44,854 bases of DNA from contig JBNLDR010000001.1 in NCBI GenBank assembly GCA_050304495.1, forward strand, positions 1 to 44,854, written 5' to 3'. Under the pieces are notes generated by a model, which saw only the letters and a list, made by a program, of their open reading frames with translations, searched no databases and was not told the origin of the DNA. The DNA is from Altererythrobacter sp. (GTDB lineage: Bacteria > Pseudomonadota > Alphaproteobacteria > Sphingomonadales > Sphingomonadaceae). Every line of letters starts with the position of its first letter. Positions within the stretch are counted from its first letter, which is position 1. Shown here one piece after another: positions 7,739-16,745 of the stretch. Both the position numbers and the translations under genes were made by a program.

Positions 7739-7844
7739 ATGACGATCTCCAAACGCAAGGGGTGCGAGGCCCAACGCAAAAAGGCGACACTTCCTGAAAG
7801 GAGAAAGCGCCGCCGTTCGAATCGGTTTATCGCGATGTTCCGCT

Positions 7845-7873
7845 TCTCTAACCAAAGAGCGTCACGATGTCAA
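7845..7873 (-). promoter_or_regulatory. Candidate sigma70 promoter of the GTA operon
   Basis: Minus strand TTGACA (7873-7868), 17-nt spacer, TAGAGA (7850-7845). Confidence 0.5.
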
Positions 7874-7969
7874 TACAAAAGTGCCAAATAGGTTAATAAG
7901 TCAAATCTTGCCTGTTTCCCGCTCCTCGCCTAATCGATCGTCTCCGGATCGCACGAGGAATCCCCATAC

Positions 7970-8608
7970 ATGTTGCGCAAGCTTTTCGTCTGGACGCTCG
8001 AGAAAGCGGCGCACCCGCATGCGATCTGGTGGTTGGCGATGTTTGCCTTCATCGAGGCGAGTTTCTTTCCAATTCCACCGCACCCCCTGCTGGGCCTGAT
8101 GTGTCTGGCAGAGCCGAAGAAAGCGGTGCGTTTCGCTGCTGTGGCAACGCTGGCATCGGTCGCCGGCGGCCTGCTTGGTTATGCCATCGGCTGGGGCCTT
8201 TACGACACGATAGGGCAAGACTTGCTTCGTATCCTGGGTCTTGAGGAGAGCTTCCCCCAGGCCGCCTGCTATTTGCGCGAATACGGGGTCGAGATCCTGA
8301 TCGTCAAAGGGGCAACCCCGATCCCGTTCAAACTGCTGACTATTACAGCGGGTTTTATCGGCATGGCGCTGGTGCCCTTCATCCTTGCCAGCATTGTCAG
8401 CCGTTCGATCAGTTTCATGATCGTGGGTGCGCTTTTCCGTCTGTTCGGAGCGCCGATAAAGGCATTCATCGACAAATATCTGGGTCTCGTAACGATCGGC
8501 TTTGTCGCGGTGGTGATCGCGGGCTTTGTCGCACTCGCCTATGTCGACAATGGCGATGAAGCGGCTAGCGAGAAATGTGCACAGGCTTCGCTCGCCCAGT
8601 CTTCCTGA
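7970..8608 (+). CDS. yqaA: YqaA/DedA (VTT domain) membrane protein
   Basis: FAFIEASFFPIPP, ASVAGGLLGYAIG, TPIPFKLLTITAG. Confidence 0.88.
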   Translation: MLRKLFVWTLEKAAHPHAIWWLAMFAFIEASFFPIPPHPLLGLMCLAEPKKAVRFAAVATLASVAGGLLGYAIGWGLYDTIGQDLLRILGLEESFPQAACYLREYGVEILIVKGATPIPFKLLTITAGFIGMALVPFILASIVSRSISFMIVGALFRLFGAPIKAFIDKYLGLVTIGFVAVVIAGFVALAYVDNGDEAASEKCAQASLAQSS

Positions 8609-8616
8609 CGATCGTT

Positions 8617-9303
8617 CTATTCTAACGAAAATTGAACCAGCCGATCGCGATCAAGGATGGCAATACTCCCGTATGATCGCTTGATCAGCCGAAGCTCCTG
8701 AAGTTCGCGCAATGCGTGGTTGGCGGTGACCCGGGTTATGCCAAGAAGATCGGCCAACTCCTGCTGGGTGACATCTATGCTAAATCTTCCCGCCTGATCA
8801 CCGGCAAGATTGGCCAGCAAGCCTGCCATGCGGCTGGAACTCGTGCCATGGCGCAAGCCCGAGAGCAGGTTGAGCGTGTCCTGCAGTTGTTCCGATAGAG
8901 CGCCAATCAGCGCATGGGTTGAGACTGGGTAGTTTCCCAGTGCCTGAAGAAATGTCTTTCCGACAATGAACCGCAACCGACTGGGCCCGCGCGCAACCGC
9001 GTCAACCACTCGCGGTCTGCCCGAAAAAACCGCGAGCTCGCCAAAGGAATCGCCCGGGCCCAGCAATGCAACCGCGCGAAATTCGCCATCGGGCAGAAAT
9101 TGCCCGATCATCACGGCGCCTTCTTCGATCAACCAGAATCCATCGGCCGCATCGCCGCGTTGCTGGACGATCTGGCCATCGCCAAAGGATCGTTCTGCGG
9201 CACCTCTGATCAAGTGCGCTTGCAACGCCTTGTCCAGCGCCCCGAAAAGCATCGGAGTCACCAGCGAACGCCGTGTCTGACCTGAATGTATAGAATTTAA
9301 CAT
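8617..9303 (-). CDS. Crp/Fnr family transcriptional regulator
   Basis: cNMP-binding fold (LLGPGDSFGELAVFSGRPR) and C-terminal HTH (TQQELADLLGITRVTAN); start chosen at ATG 9303. Confidence 0.9.
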   Translation of the reverse strand: MLNSIHSGQTRRSLVTPMLFGALDKALQAHLIRGAAERSFGDGQIVQQRGDAADGFWLIEEGAVMIGQFLPDGEFRAVALLGPGDSFGELAVFSGRPRVVDAVARGPSRLRFIVGKTFLQALGNYPVSTHALIGALSEQLQDTLNLLSGLRHGTSSSRMAGLLANLAGDQAGRFSIDVTQQELADLLGITRVTANHALRELQELRLIKRSYGSIAILDRDRLVQFSLE

Positions 9304-9305
9304 TC
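9284..9305. promoter_or_regulatory. Candidate Crp/Fnr-family operator
   Basis: GAATGT-N10-ACATTC inverted repeat (TGTAT-N6-TAACA) between the divergent regulator and desaturase. Confidence 0.5.
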
Positions 9306-9364
9306 TTGCGGTGAAGTAAACGCTAATGCGGGATTCGACAAGATCGACCAAGGGGAGAGGCACT

Positions 9365-10210
9365 GTGCCAGCATCGACATATGCCGTGATCGCGATCTAT
9401 TTCGGATTTGCGCTGCTCGAACTGTTTCGTTCGAATCTGTTCGCGAAATCAGAGCAGACTCGCGATGACGGAATCGTCGAGGCGGTGAGCATGACGGTCT
9501 TGCTGGCAATTACCCAGCCAGCGATCCTGCTCTTTTCGGGCTGGGCCATGGGCCAATTATTCCCGCAGTGGGAAGGAGTCCTGACCAACCTCAATGTATT
9601 CGCCGCGATCGCGCTTTTCCTCGTCCTTGAGGACATGACGCAATATTGGTGGCACCGCGCAAGTCACAGTTTTCACTGGCTCTACAATCTGCACCGCGCT
9701 CACCACAACGCACGGTACATGTCAGTGCGGCTCGTGTATCGTAACAACATTATCTATTATGCTATGATGCCCGGTATCTGGCTGTCTGGCGTGCTGCTGT
9801 ATATGGGGCTGGGCTGGGTCTATGCGGGCTATCTGATCGTCAAGATGGCAGTAATCATCGGCGCCCATTCGGACGTCGCCTGGGACAAGCCGCTATACAA
9901 GATCAAGTGGCTGTCTCCCATCATGTGGCTGGTCGAACGTACAATCTCGACGCCTGCCACCCATCATGCTCACCATGGCCGCCATGCCGATGATCCGGCG
10001 GTCAATTACAAGGGCAATTACGGGAACCTGCTGTTCTTCTGGGATGTGCTGTTCGGCACAGCCAAGGTCACGCGCAGCTTTCCCAAAAGCTACGGGGTAG
10101 AAAATCTGGCCCCGGCAACACTGGGTCAGCAATTGCTGTGGCCGATCTTCCCCGAGAACAAGGCAATGCCCGAACAAGTTGGAGAGGGAGCGGCTACCGC
10201 AGCCGCTTGA
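9365..10210 (+). CDS. Sterol desaturase/fatty acid hydroxylase superfamily membrane enzyme
   Basis: His boxes YWWHRASH, HRAHH, HHAHH and NYGNLLFFWDVLFGT; GGAGAGG RBS before GTG 9365. Confidence 0.9.
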   Translation: MPASTYAVIAIYFGFALLELFRSNLFAKSEQTRDDGIVEAVSMTVLLAITQPAILLFSGWAMGQLFPQWEGVLTNLNVFAAIALFLVLEDMTQYWWHRASHSFHWLYNLHRAHHNARYMSVRLVYRNNIIYYAMMPGIWLSGVLLYMGLGWVYAGYLIVKMAVIIGAHSDVAWDKPLYKIKWLSPIMWLVERTISTPATHHAHHGRHADDPAVNYKGNYGNLLFFWDVLFGTAKVTRSFPKSYGVENLAPATLGQQLLWPIFPENKAMPEQVGEGAATAAA

Positions 10211-10272
10211 GCCCCCTGCGGGGGGCGCGGCCGGGGCGTTGGGAAGATCGCCTCGGCCGCATCACATTTCAG

Positions 10273-11490
10273 CTAGATAATGCCTACCGTCTTACCGGCG
10301 CGTTCGAACATGCCCAGGATCGTCTCGACCTCCTCCGCAGAATGTTCGGCGCAGAGCGAGCAACGTAGCAGGGTCATATTGGCGGGGGTTGCCGGTGGAC
10401 GCGCCAGATTGACGTAGAGCCCTTCCTTCAGCAGCGCCTCCCACATCGCAGCGCCACGCTCCAGATCGGGCATGATCACCGCCACGATCGCGCTTTGCGG
10501 TTGCTCTGTGCCCAATTGGAAGCCCAGCGCCTTTAACCCGGCATGGAGGTTCTTGGAATTCTCCCACAGATGCGCCCGCTTGTTCGATCCATGCATCAGC
10601 TTGCGGATGCTAGTGGCCGCGGTAGCCACCACGCTGGGCGGGAGCGAAGCGGTGAATACATAGGGACGACACACCAGCCGCATGATTTCGAACTTGGGGT
10701 GGTTGGAAACGCAGAATCCGCCAACCGTGCCCACACTCTTGGAGAATGTGCCGATGACAAAGTCGACATCGTCGATGCAGCCGGCCTGCTCGCACACGCC
10801 GCGACCATGTTCGCCGATGAAGCCCATCGAATGCGCCTCGTCGACCAGCACCATGGCCCCGTTCTCCTTGGCGACCTTCACCATCTCGGCCAGCGGCGCG
10901 ATATCGCCCAGCATCGAATAGACACCTTCCAGCACCACCAGCTTGCCTGCACCCTCTGGGATACGCTTGAGCCGCTTTTCCATCGCTTCGATGTCGTTGT
11001 GCTTGAACGGCACCACCTCGGCGTTGCCCAATGCGCAGCCATCCCAGATCGAGGCGTGGCTATCGATATCGAGTACGATGTAATCGCCCTTGCCGGCGAT
11101 CGTGCTGATGATGCCCAGGTTGGCCTGGTATCCGGTCGAGAACACCATGGCGTGGTCCATGGCGTAAAATTCCTTGAGCGCTTCCTCGCATTCCTTGTGG
11201 CCCTGGTAGGTGCCATTGAGAACGCGGCTACCCGTGGTGCCGCTGCCGAAGTTCTCGAGCGCCTGCTTGCCGGCCTCGATCACATCGGGATCGAAGGTCA
11301 TCCCCATATAGTTGTAGGTGCCGAGCAGGATAGTGTCGCGCCCGTTGCAGACTGCACGGGTGGGAGAAAGAACCTTCTCCATCACAAGGTTGAACGGATC
11401 TTCCTGCCCACCGGCCAGAAGGCCTTCGCGCATCTGGATCAGATCGTCGAACTTGGAGAACAAATCTCCCGAAACGGTCTCGTCGCTCAT
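10273..11490 (-). CDS. spt: Serine palmitoyltransferase (alpha-oxoamine synthase family)
   Basis: LLGTYNYMGMT, GSRVLNGT, VDEAHSMG, PLP lysine GTFSKS; directly downstream of a dedicated ACP. Confidence 0.88.
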   Translation of the reverse strand: MSDETVSGDLFSKFDDLIQMREGLLAGGQEDPFNLVMEKVLSPTRAVCNGRDTILLGTYNYMGMTFDPDVIEAGKQALENFGSGTTGSRVLNGTYQGHKECEEALKEFYAMDHAMVFSTGYQANLGIISTIAGKGDYIVLDIDSHASIWDGCALGNAEVVPFKHNDIEAMEKRLKRIPEGAGKLVVLEGVYSMLGDIAPLAEMVKVAKENGAMVLVDEAHSMGFIGEHGRGVCEQAGCIDDVDFVIGTFSKSVGTVGGFCVSNHPKFEIMRLVCRPYVFTASLPPSVVATAATSIRKLMHGSNKRAHLWENSKNLHAGLKALGFQLGTEQPQSAIVAVIMPDLERGAAMWEALLKEGLYVNLARPPATPANMTLLRCSLCAEHSAEEVETILGMFERAGKTVGII

Positions 11491-11492
11491 CG

Positions 11493-11744
11493 TCAATCCT
11501 GAAGCTTCGTTACCGCGTCGACGAGCTGGCCGAAATTCTCGATCTCTGCCTGCTGGTTCATGCTAATGATGATGTCGAATTCGTCTTCGATCGCGGCCAC
11601 GAAATCCATCACCGTCAGGCTGTCAAATTCCAGATCATTGGCAAAGGTGGTGGCGTCGGCAATGTCCACTTCCTTTTTGTTGAAGGGTTCGATCAGCGAA
11701 CGAATGCGCGTGTCGACTTCGGCACGATCCATCAAATTACTCAC
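11493..11744 (-). CDS. Acyl carrier protein (sphingolipid-associated)
   Basis: DLEFDSLTVMDFVAAIEDEFDI with the phosphopantetheine Ser; start may be the ATG at 11732. Confidence 0.9.
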   Translation of the reverse strand: MSNLMDRAEVDTRIRSLIEPFNKKEVDIADATTFANDLEFDSLTVMDFVAAIEDEFDIIISMNQQAEIENFGQLVDAVTKLQD

Positions 11745-11880
11745 TTTCCTGTTCCCGGGCTGGCCGCGCCTGCCACTACAATGCGGCGGAAAAGCGGCTG
11801 ATGGGCCCGCTTGTCAAGCTTTGATCGGGCTGGCAGACCGCGCATATTGTGGGCGAAAGCATCTCAGGGTGGGCCGAAGC

Positions 11881-12438
11881 GTGATCGAAGAGACGGAAAA
11901 CCATGCTGAAATTGGACCGGTTGATGCCGGGATGGACAGCTTTTCCGCGCAAGCGATCCACCTGGTGCGGACCACGCAAAACAATACGCTCGCGCTTTCG
12001 GCCATGGCCGATCAAAAGGCCTCGATCCTGATGGGGGCGACCTTCCTCGTCTTCTCGCTCTCGGTCAGCCGCGCCTTCACCATGGGGCTCAGCTGGTCGA
12101 TGATGATCCTGGCGGGTTCAGCCTTCGTCAGCACGATGTGCGCTGTGATGGCGGTGCTTCCATCGGTAGGCAGGTCGGCCAAAGACGCAGTGCCGCCCAA
12201 CAAATTGTTCTTCGGGCATTTCACCGCGATGGAAGAAGAACAATGGACCCGCGAAGTGCTGGAACAGCTGCGGACCGACGAAGGCGTCTTCAGGACCATG
12301 CTGCATGACATCTACCAGAACGGGCAAGTTCTGCAGCGAAGGAAATACAAGTTCCTCAGCCTTGCCTATCGCATCTTCATCCTCGGCCTGTTCGGGACGA
12401 TGATTGCCTATCTGATTGAGACCGCGCACCTCATGTGA
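11881..12438 (+). CDS. Pycsar effector (PycTM/DUF5706)-like membrane protein, stand-alone
   Basis: ADQKASIL, two TM helices, P...NKLFFGHF, KYKFLSLAYRIFILGL; start uncertain (GTG 11881). Confidence 0.72.
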   Translation: MIEETENHAEIGPVDAGMDSFSAQAIHLVRTTQNNTLALSAMADQKASILMGATFLVFSLSVSRAFTMGLSWSMMILAGSAFVSTMCAVMAVLPSVGRSAKDAVPPNKLFFGHFTAMEEEQWTREVLEQLRTDEGVFRTMLHDIYQNGQVLQRRKYKFLSLAYRIFILGLFGTMIAYLIETAHLM

Positions 12439-12448
12439 AGCGCCCGCC

Positions 12449-12817
12449 CTATTGCGGCAGCAGTTCCTTCACTGCATTCATGAAAGGAATGATCGAGACC
12501 GGCTTAGCGAGATAACCTGCTGCCCCCGCGTCACGAATCCGCTCCTCGTCTCCTTTGCCGGCATAGGCTGTCACCGCCAGCACCGGGATTGCCTGCAGCT
12601 GCAGATCGCGCTTGGCCGCTTCGATCAGGTCCACGCCTGAAACATTGGGCAATTGGATGTCCATGATGATAAGATCGGGATTGACGCGCCGGGCGGTGTC
12701 GAGCGCGCTCTCGCCATCGGCTTCGGGTTCGACTTCGAAGCCGTTTGCTCGCAAAACGTCGCAGAACAATTTTCGGTTGAGGTCGTTGTCCTCGACAACC
12801 AGGATTCTCTTTGACAC
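12449..12817 (-). CDS. divK: Single-domain response regulator, DivK-like
   Basis: ILVVEDNDLNRKLF, DLIIMDIQLPNVSG, AVTAYAGKGDEERIR, YLAKPVS. Confidence 0.8.
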   Translation of the reverse strand: MSKRILVVEDNDLNRKLFCDVLRANGFEVEPEADGESALDTARRVNPDLIIMDIQLPNVSGVDLIEAAKRDLQLQAIPVLAVTAYAGKGDEERIRDAGAAGYLAKPVSIIPFMNAVKELLPQ

Positions 12818-12853
12818 TTACCCTCGACGCTCCCTTGATCGCTAACTAACTAG

Positions 12854-13144
12854 ATGAACGTGATGCCAGCCACAATTAACAATCCCGCCCAATCCCCCAC
12901 CGCGGAAATGCTCGCCCTCTCGGCGCTCGGCTGGGTGCTCGAGGACGAGCAACGCGCGCAGCGACTTCTGGGGCTGACCGGCCTTAGTCCCGATGCGCTG
13001 CGCGCTGAATTGGGCGCATCCACTGTACAATCGGCTGTGCTGGAATTCCTTTCCAACCACGAACCGGATTTGATCCGCTGTGCAGAAGCTTTGGCGGTTA
13101 CCCCGGAAGAGCTGGTGCAGGCCGGCCAGGAGCTTTCCCGATGA
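12854..13144 (+). CDS. DUF3572 family protein
   Basis: LALSALGWVL...RLLGLTGLSPDALRA...AVLEFL; divergent from divK-like gene. Confidence 0.8.
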   Translation: MNVMPATINNPAQSPTAEMLALSALGWVLEDEQRAQRLLGLTGLSPDALRAELGASTVQSAVLEFLSNHEPDLIRCAEALAVTPEELVQAGQELSR

Positions 13145-13767
13145 GCCGCCCTCTGGTGATCAGCGATTGTGATGAAGTGCTGCTGCACATGGTCGTACCC
13201 TTCAAGAACTGGCTGGAAGAAAGCCAGGGCGTATCTTTCAACCTTGTCGGTCAGAATTTCGGCACTGCCATGCGCTGGCAGGAAAGCCAGGAACTGGTTG
13301 AGCAAAAAGATGTGTGGCGGCTGCTCAACAGCTTTTTCGACACCGAAATGCATCGGCAGATGCCGATCGATGGTGCGGTGCCAGGGATCAATCGGCTGGC
13401 CGATCATTGCGATGTGGTGATCCTGACCAATCTGCTCGACGAGCGGCGGGACAATCGCGCGCGGCAGTTGGCCGAGCATGGCGTTCATGCTCGGGTCTTC
13501 ACCAACCAGGGACCCAAAGGACCAACGCTGAAGGCGATCATCGAAGAATATTCCCCGTCAAAGGCAATCTTCATTGACGATCTGGCGCAGCACCACCAAT
13601 CCGCCGCCGAAACCGTTCCGGGCCTGCGGCAATTGCACCTGTGCGGCGAGCCCATGATTTCGGGGCAGATTCCCTGCGCGCATGAGGCAGGCCATGCCCA
13701 TGCCAGGATCGACAATTGGGCCGAAGCGCTGCCATGGCTGCTCGGCGAAATCGAAAAGGACGATTGA
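13141..13767 (+). CDS. HAD-superfamily hydrolase
   Basis: Motif I DCDEVL, ILTN, motif IV FIDD. Confidence 0.82.
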   Translation: MSRPLVISDCDEVLLHMVVPFKNWLEESQGVSFNLVGQNFGTAMRWQESQELVEQKDVWRLLNSFFDTEMHRQMPIDGAVPGINRLADHCDVVILTNLLDERRDNRARQLAEHGVHARVFTNQGPKGPTLKAIIEEYSPSKAIFIDDLAQHHQSAAETVPGLRQLHLCGEPMISGQIPCAHEAGHAHARIDNWAEALPWLLGEIEKDD

Positions 13768-14228
13768 TGAGTACTGATGCACGTTTGCAGGAATTGGGAA
13801 TTGCATTGCCTGTCGCCGCTGCGCCTGTGGCGAGCTATGTCCCGGTCGTGATTCATGGTGATCTTGCCTATGTTTCGGGCCAGGTATCTTTCGTCGATGG
13901 CCAATTGTTCACCGGTCGGCTGGGCGAAGACGTTTCGCTGGAGGATGGCATTGCGGCCGCTCGTGGATGCGGGCTGATGATTCTGGCACAGCTCAAAGCC
14001 GCGCTCGGCTCGCTCGATCGGGTCGAACGGGTTGTCAAGCTCGGCGGCTTCGTCAATTCAACGTCTGACTTTACAGACCAGCCCAAGGTGGTGAACGGCG
14101 CGTCCGATCTGATGCTTGAAGTGTTTGGCGATGCCGGCAAGCACTCCCGGGCGGCGGTGGGTGCCCCGTCTCTTCCTCTGGGTGTTGCGGTAGAAGTCGA
14201 TGCGGTGGTCGCCATCAAAGGTGCGTAA
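13767..14228 (+). CDS. RidA/YjgF family protein
   Basis: YVSGQV, VNGASDL, GKHSRAAVG, LPLGVAVEVD; TGATG overlap. Confidence 0.9.
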   Translation: MSTDARLQELGIALPVAAAPVASYVPVVIHGDLAYVSGQVSFVDGQLFTGRLGEDVSLEDGIAAARGCGLMILAQLKAALGSLDRVERVVKLGGFVNSTSDFTDQPKVVNGASDLMLEVFGDAGKHSRAAVGAPSLPLGVAVEVDAVVAIKGA

Positions 14229-14234
14229 CCGCCA

Positions 14235-14975
14235 ATGAGCAAAAGGCGCGCTCCATCCTGGCTGACGCAATGGGAATATGCCCATCGCGGGCTGCATGGT
14301 GCCAGGGAAGGAGGGTTCGTTCCTGAAAACTCCTTGCTTGGCGCCAGTCTGGCAATCGAACGGGGCATGGGCATCGAATGCGATATCCAGCGTAGCCTGG
14401 ACGATTGGCCGATGGTGTTCCACGATTGGGAACTGGATCGGCTGACCGGCGCGCAGGGAGCTATCAATACACATACCGCGCCAGAATTGCGGCAGTTCAC
14501 CTATCGCGAAAGCGAGGAACACATTGCTGCTTTCCCTCAGTTGCTGGAACTGGTCGATGGCCGCGTTCCGCTCCTGATCGAGATCAAGTCCAAGGCGGGG
14601 TATGATGTTGCGCGAAGCTGTCGGATCGTCGCCGGGGCGTTGACCAGCTATTCAGGCCACCATGCGGTCATGAGCTTCGATCCACGCGTGGCGCGCTGGT
14701 TCCGTAAACATTCGCCGCAAACCTGTGCTGGACTCGTCATGCGTGAGGATGAGCATGGTCACACGCAAAAGGCCTGGCAAAGGCGGCTGGCCTATTGGAT
14801 CGCCAGGCCCGATTTCCTGGCTTATCACATCGCGGCTTTGCCCAGCCCCTGGGTGGCGGGACTTAGGGCAAAAGGTCTGCCGGTCCTGACCTGGACGGTC
14901 AATTCTCCTGAAACCCGCGAGCGGGCCTTGCGGTATGCCGATGCACCGATCGCCGAGGGAGAAGGCCTCGCATGA
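14235..14975 (+). CDS. Glycerophosphodiester phosphodiesterase family protein
   Basis: YAHRGLH, PENS, IECD, VFHD, LLIEIK, TWTVN. Confidence 0.9.
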   Translation: MSKRRAPSWLTQWEYAHRGLHGAREGGFVPENSLLGASLAIERGMGIECDIQRSLDDWPMVFHDWELDRLTGAQGAINTHTAPELRQFTYRESEEHIAAFPQLLELVDGRVPLLIEIKSKAGYDVARSCRIVAGALTSYSGHHAVMSFDPRVARWFRKHSPQTCAGLVMREDEHGHTQKAWQRRLAYWIARPDFLAYHIAALPSPWVAGLRAKGLPVLTWTVNSPETRERALRYADAPIAEGEGLA

Positions 14976-16111
14976 GCGAAGGCGAGCTGATCGTAAGGCT
15001 GGCACCTTCGGTCGGGTCGTTCGACGCAGATCAATGGAATGCGCTGGGGGGCAATCGCAATCCCTTTGTCAGCCATGAATTCCTGACCGCACTGGAGGAT
15101 TCGGGTAGCGTTGGGCCGGGGACGGGGTGGGATCCGGTGCCGATCGCGATCACCGATGCAGAAGGTCACTTGCTCGCGGCCCTGCCGGCCTATGCCAAAT
15201 CGCACAGCCAGGGTGAGTATGTCTTCGACCATGCTTGGGCCGATGCGCTGGAGCGGGCCGGTGGGCATTATTACCCAAAGCTGCAGATCGCTGCGCCCTT
15301 CACCCCGGCCAATGGACCGCGCTTGCTGATCAGCGATCCTGGCCTCGCGATCCCGCTGCTGCGGGGCGCGGAGGCCGTGTGCCTGCAAAGCAATCTATCG
15401 TCTGCCCACGCCACCTTTATCGAGGAAGGCCAGCGCGAGTTGTTCGAACAGGCTGGCTGGCTGATGCGCAGCGACATCCAGTTCCATTGGCGCAACCAGG
15501 GATATTCCAGCTTCGACGACTTTCTTGGATCGCTCGCTTCTCGCAAGCGCAAGGCGCTGAAGAAGGAGCGGGCCGCGGCGCAGGAAGGCGTCGAAATCGT
15601 CCGCCTTTCGGGCGACGATATCCGGCCCGAACATTGGGATGCCTTCTGGGTGTTCTATCAGGACACCGGCGCGCGCAAATGGGGGCGGCCCTATCTGACG
15701 CGCGAAGCCTTCACCCTTTTTGGCGAACGCATGGCCGAACGGATCGTGCTGGTACTGGCCCTGATGGAGGGGAGGCCGATTGCCGGCGCCTTGAACTTTG
15801 TTGGGGAAGAGGCACTCTACGGCCGCTATTGGGGGTGCACGCTAGACAGGCGCTTCCTGCATTTCGAGCTATGCTATTATCAGGCGATCGACATTGCGAT
15901 CGAGCGCGGGCTCAGGCGGGTCGAGGCGGGTGCGCAAGGTGGGCACAAGCTCGCGCGGGGTTATGAACCGGTGCAGACATGGTCGGCCCATTGGATCGCC
16001 AACCCGTCATTTCGTGATGCCATCGCTGATTACCTTGAGCGCGAACGCGAAGGCGTGGCGATTGACCAGGTCTATCTGGGCGGGCGAACGCCCTTCAAGA
16101 AAGGCGAGTAG
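14972..16111 (+). CDS. FemAB-like GNAT protein (DUF482)
   Basis: HSQGEYVFDHAWA, LYGRYWG, LHFELCYYQAID, EAGAQGGHKLARGY. Confidence 0.9.
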   Translation: MSEGELIVRLAPSVGSFDADQWNALGGNRNPFVSHEFLTALEDSGSVGPGTGWDPVPIAITDAEGHLLAALPAYAKSHSQGEYVFDHAWADALERAGGHYYPKLQIAAPFTPANGPRLLISDPGLAIPLLRGAEAVCLQSNLSSAHATFIEEGQRELFEQAGWLMRSDIQFHWRNQGYSSFDDFLGSLASRKRKALKKERAAAQEGVEIVRLSGDDIRPEHWDAFWVFYQDTGARKWGRPYLTREAFTLFGERMAERIVLVLALMEGRPIAGALNFVGEEALYGRYWGCTLDRRFLHFELCYYQAIDIAIERGLRRVEAGAQGGHKLARGYEPVQTWSAHWIANPSFRDAIADYLEREREGVAIDQVYLGGRTPFKKGE

Positions 16112-16117
16112 GCTGTC

Positions 16118-16444
16118 TCAGGCGGCCTTGCGCTCGTCGGACAACCACTGGCGCGCGCGGCGCTGGGCTTCGGCGATTTCGCGGGCGGTCATCTCGTCAG
16201 AGATGTCGGCGCGGCACCATGCGGCTTCTTCATGCCCCTTGGAAGCGGCGAGATTGAACCATTTATGGGCCTCGATCATGTCGCAATCGGCGCCATGGCT
16301 GCCGGTGGAGAATGCGACGCCGAGGTCGTAAAGGGCAGCGATATCGCCCCGTGCGGCTGCGGCAAGGCAGCGGGCTACCAGCAGATCGGCTGGCCTTCCC
16401 TTAATCTCGCTGGCGCTGCCGCCGTCGATCTGTCTCAATTCCAT
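16118..16444 (-). CDS. Sel1-repeat protein
   Basis: ALYDLGVAFSTG...DMIEAHKWFNLAA...EIAEAQRRARQW. Confidence 0.85.
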   Translation of the reverse strand: MELRQIDGGSASEIKGRPADLLVARCLAAAARGDIAALYDLGVAFSTGSHGADCDMIEAHKWFNLAASKGHEEAAWCRADISDEMTAREIAEAQRRARQWLSDERKAA

Positions 16445-16519
16445 TTCTTGTCCCCCTGTTGGCCGCGCGATGTCTCTTCCTGAGCCATCCCGCTTGAACG
16501 GGTGATCGCCGGAACATGG

Positions 16520-16534
16520 TCAACAAATGGTTAA
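16520..16534 (-). promoter_or_regulatory. Candidate CtrA box upstream of the Sel1 gene
   Basis: Minus strand TTAA-CCATTTG-TTGA, one mismatch to TTAA-N7-TTAA. Confidence 0.55.
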
Positions 16535-16745
16535 TGCTAGGTCGATTTTTTGTGCGGCCATGGCTTGGCCGTTCGCGTGAAATTAATTTTTGCACATCTA
16601 ACGGGTCCTTCGGCGAAACCGACTTGTGTGGGTTTGGCGGCGGCCCTATAGGCCCGCGCAGCCGGTCGACAGAACCGAGGTTGCAAGCCACCGCGGCTTG
16701 ATCATCCGTCAGCGTGACGGGCAATAACTGGGATGAGAGGACTAA

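Noticed and set aside
7815-7840. Alphaproteobacterial LexA box (GTTC-N7-GTTC) in the GTA promoter
   Set aside because: GTTC half-sites at 7815 and 7837 are not at the required spacing.
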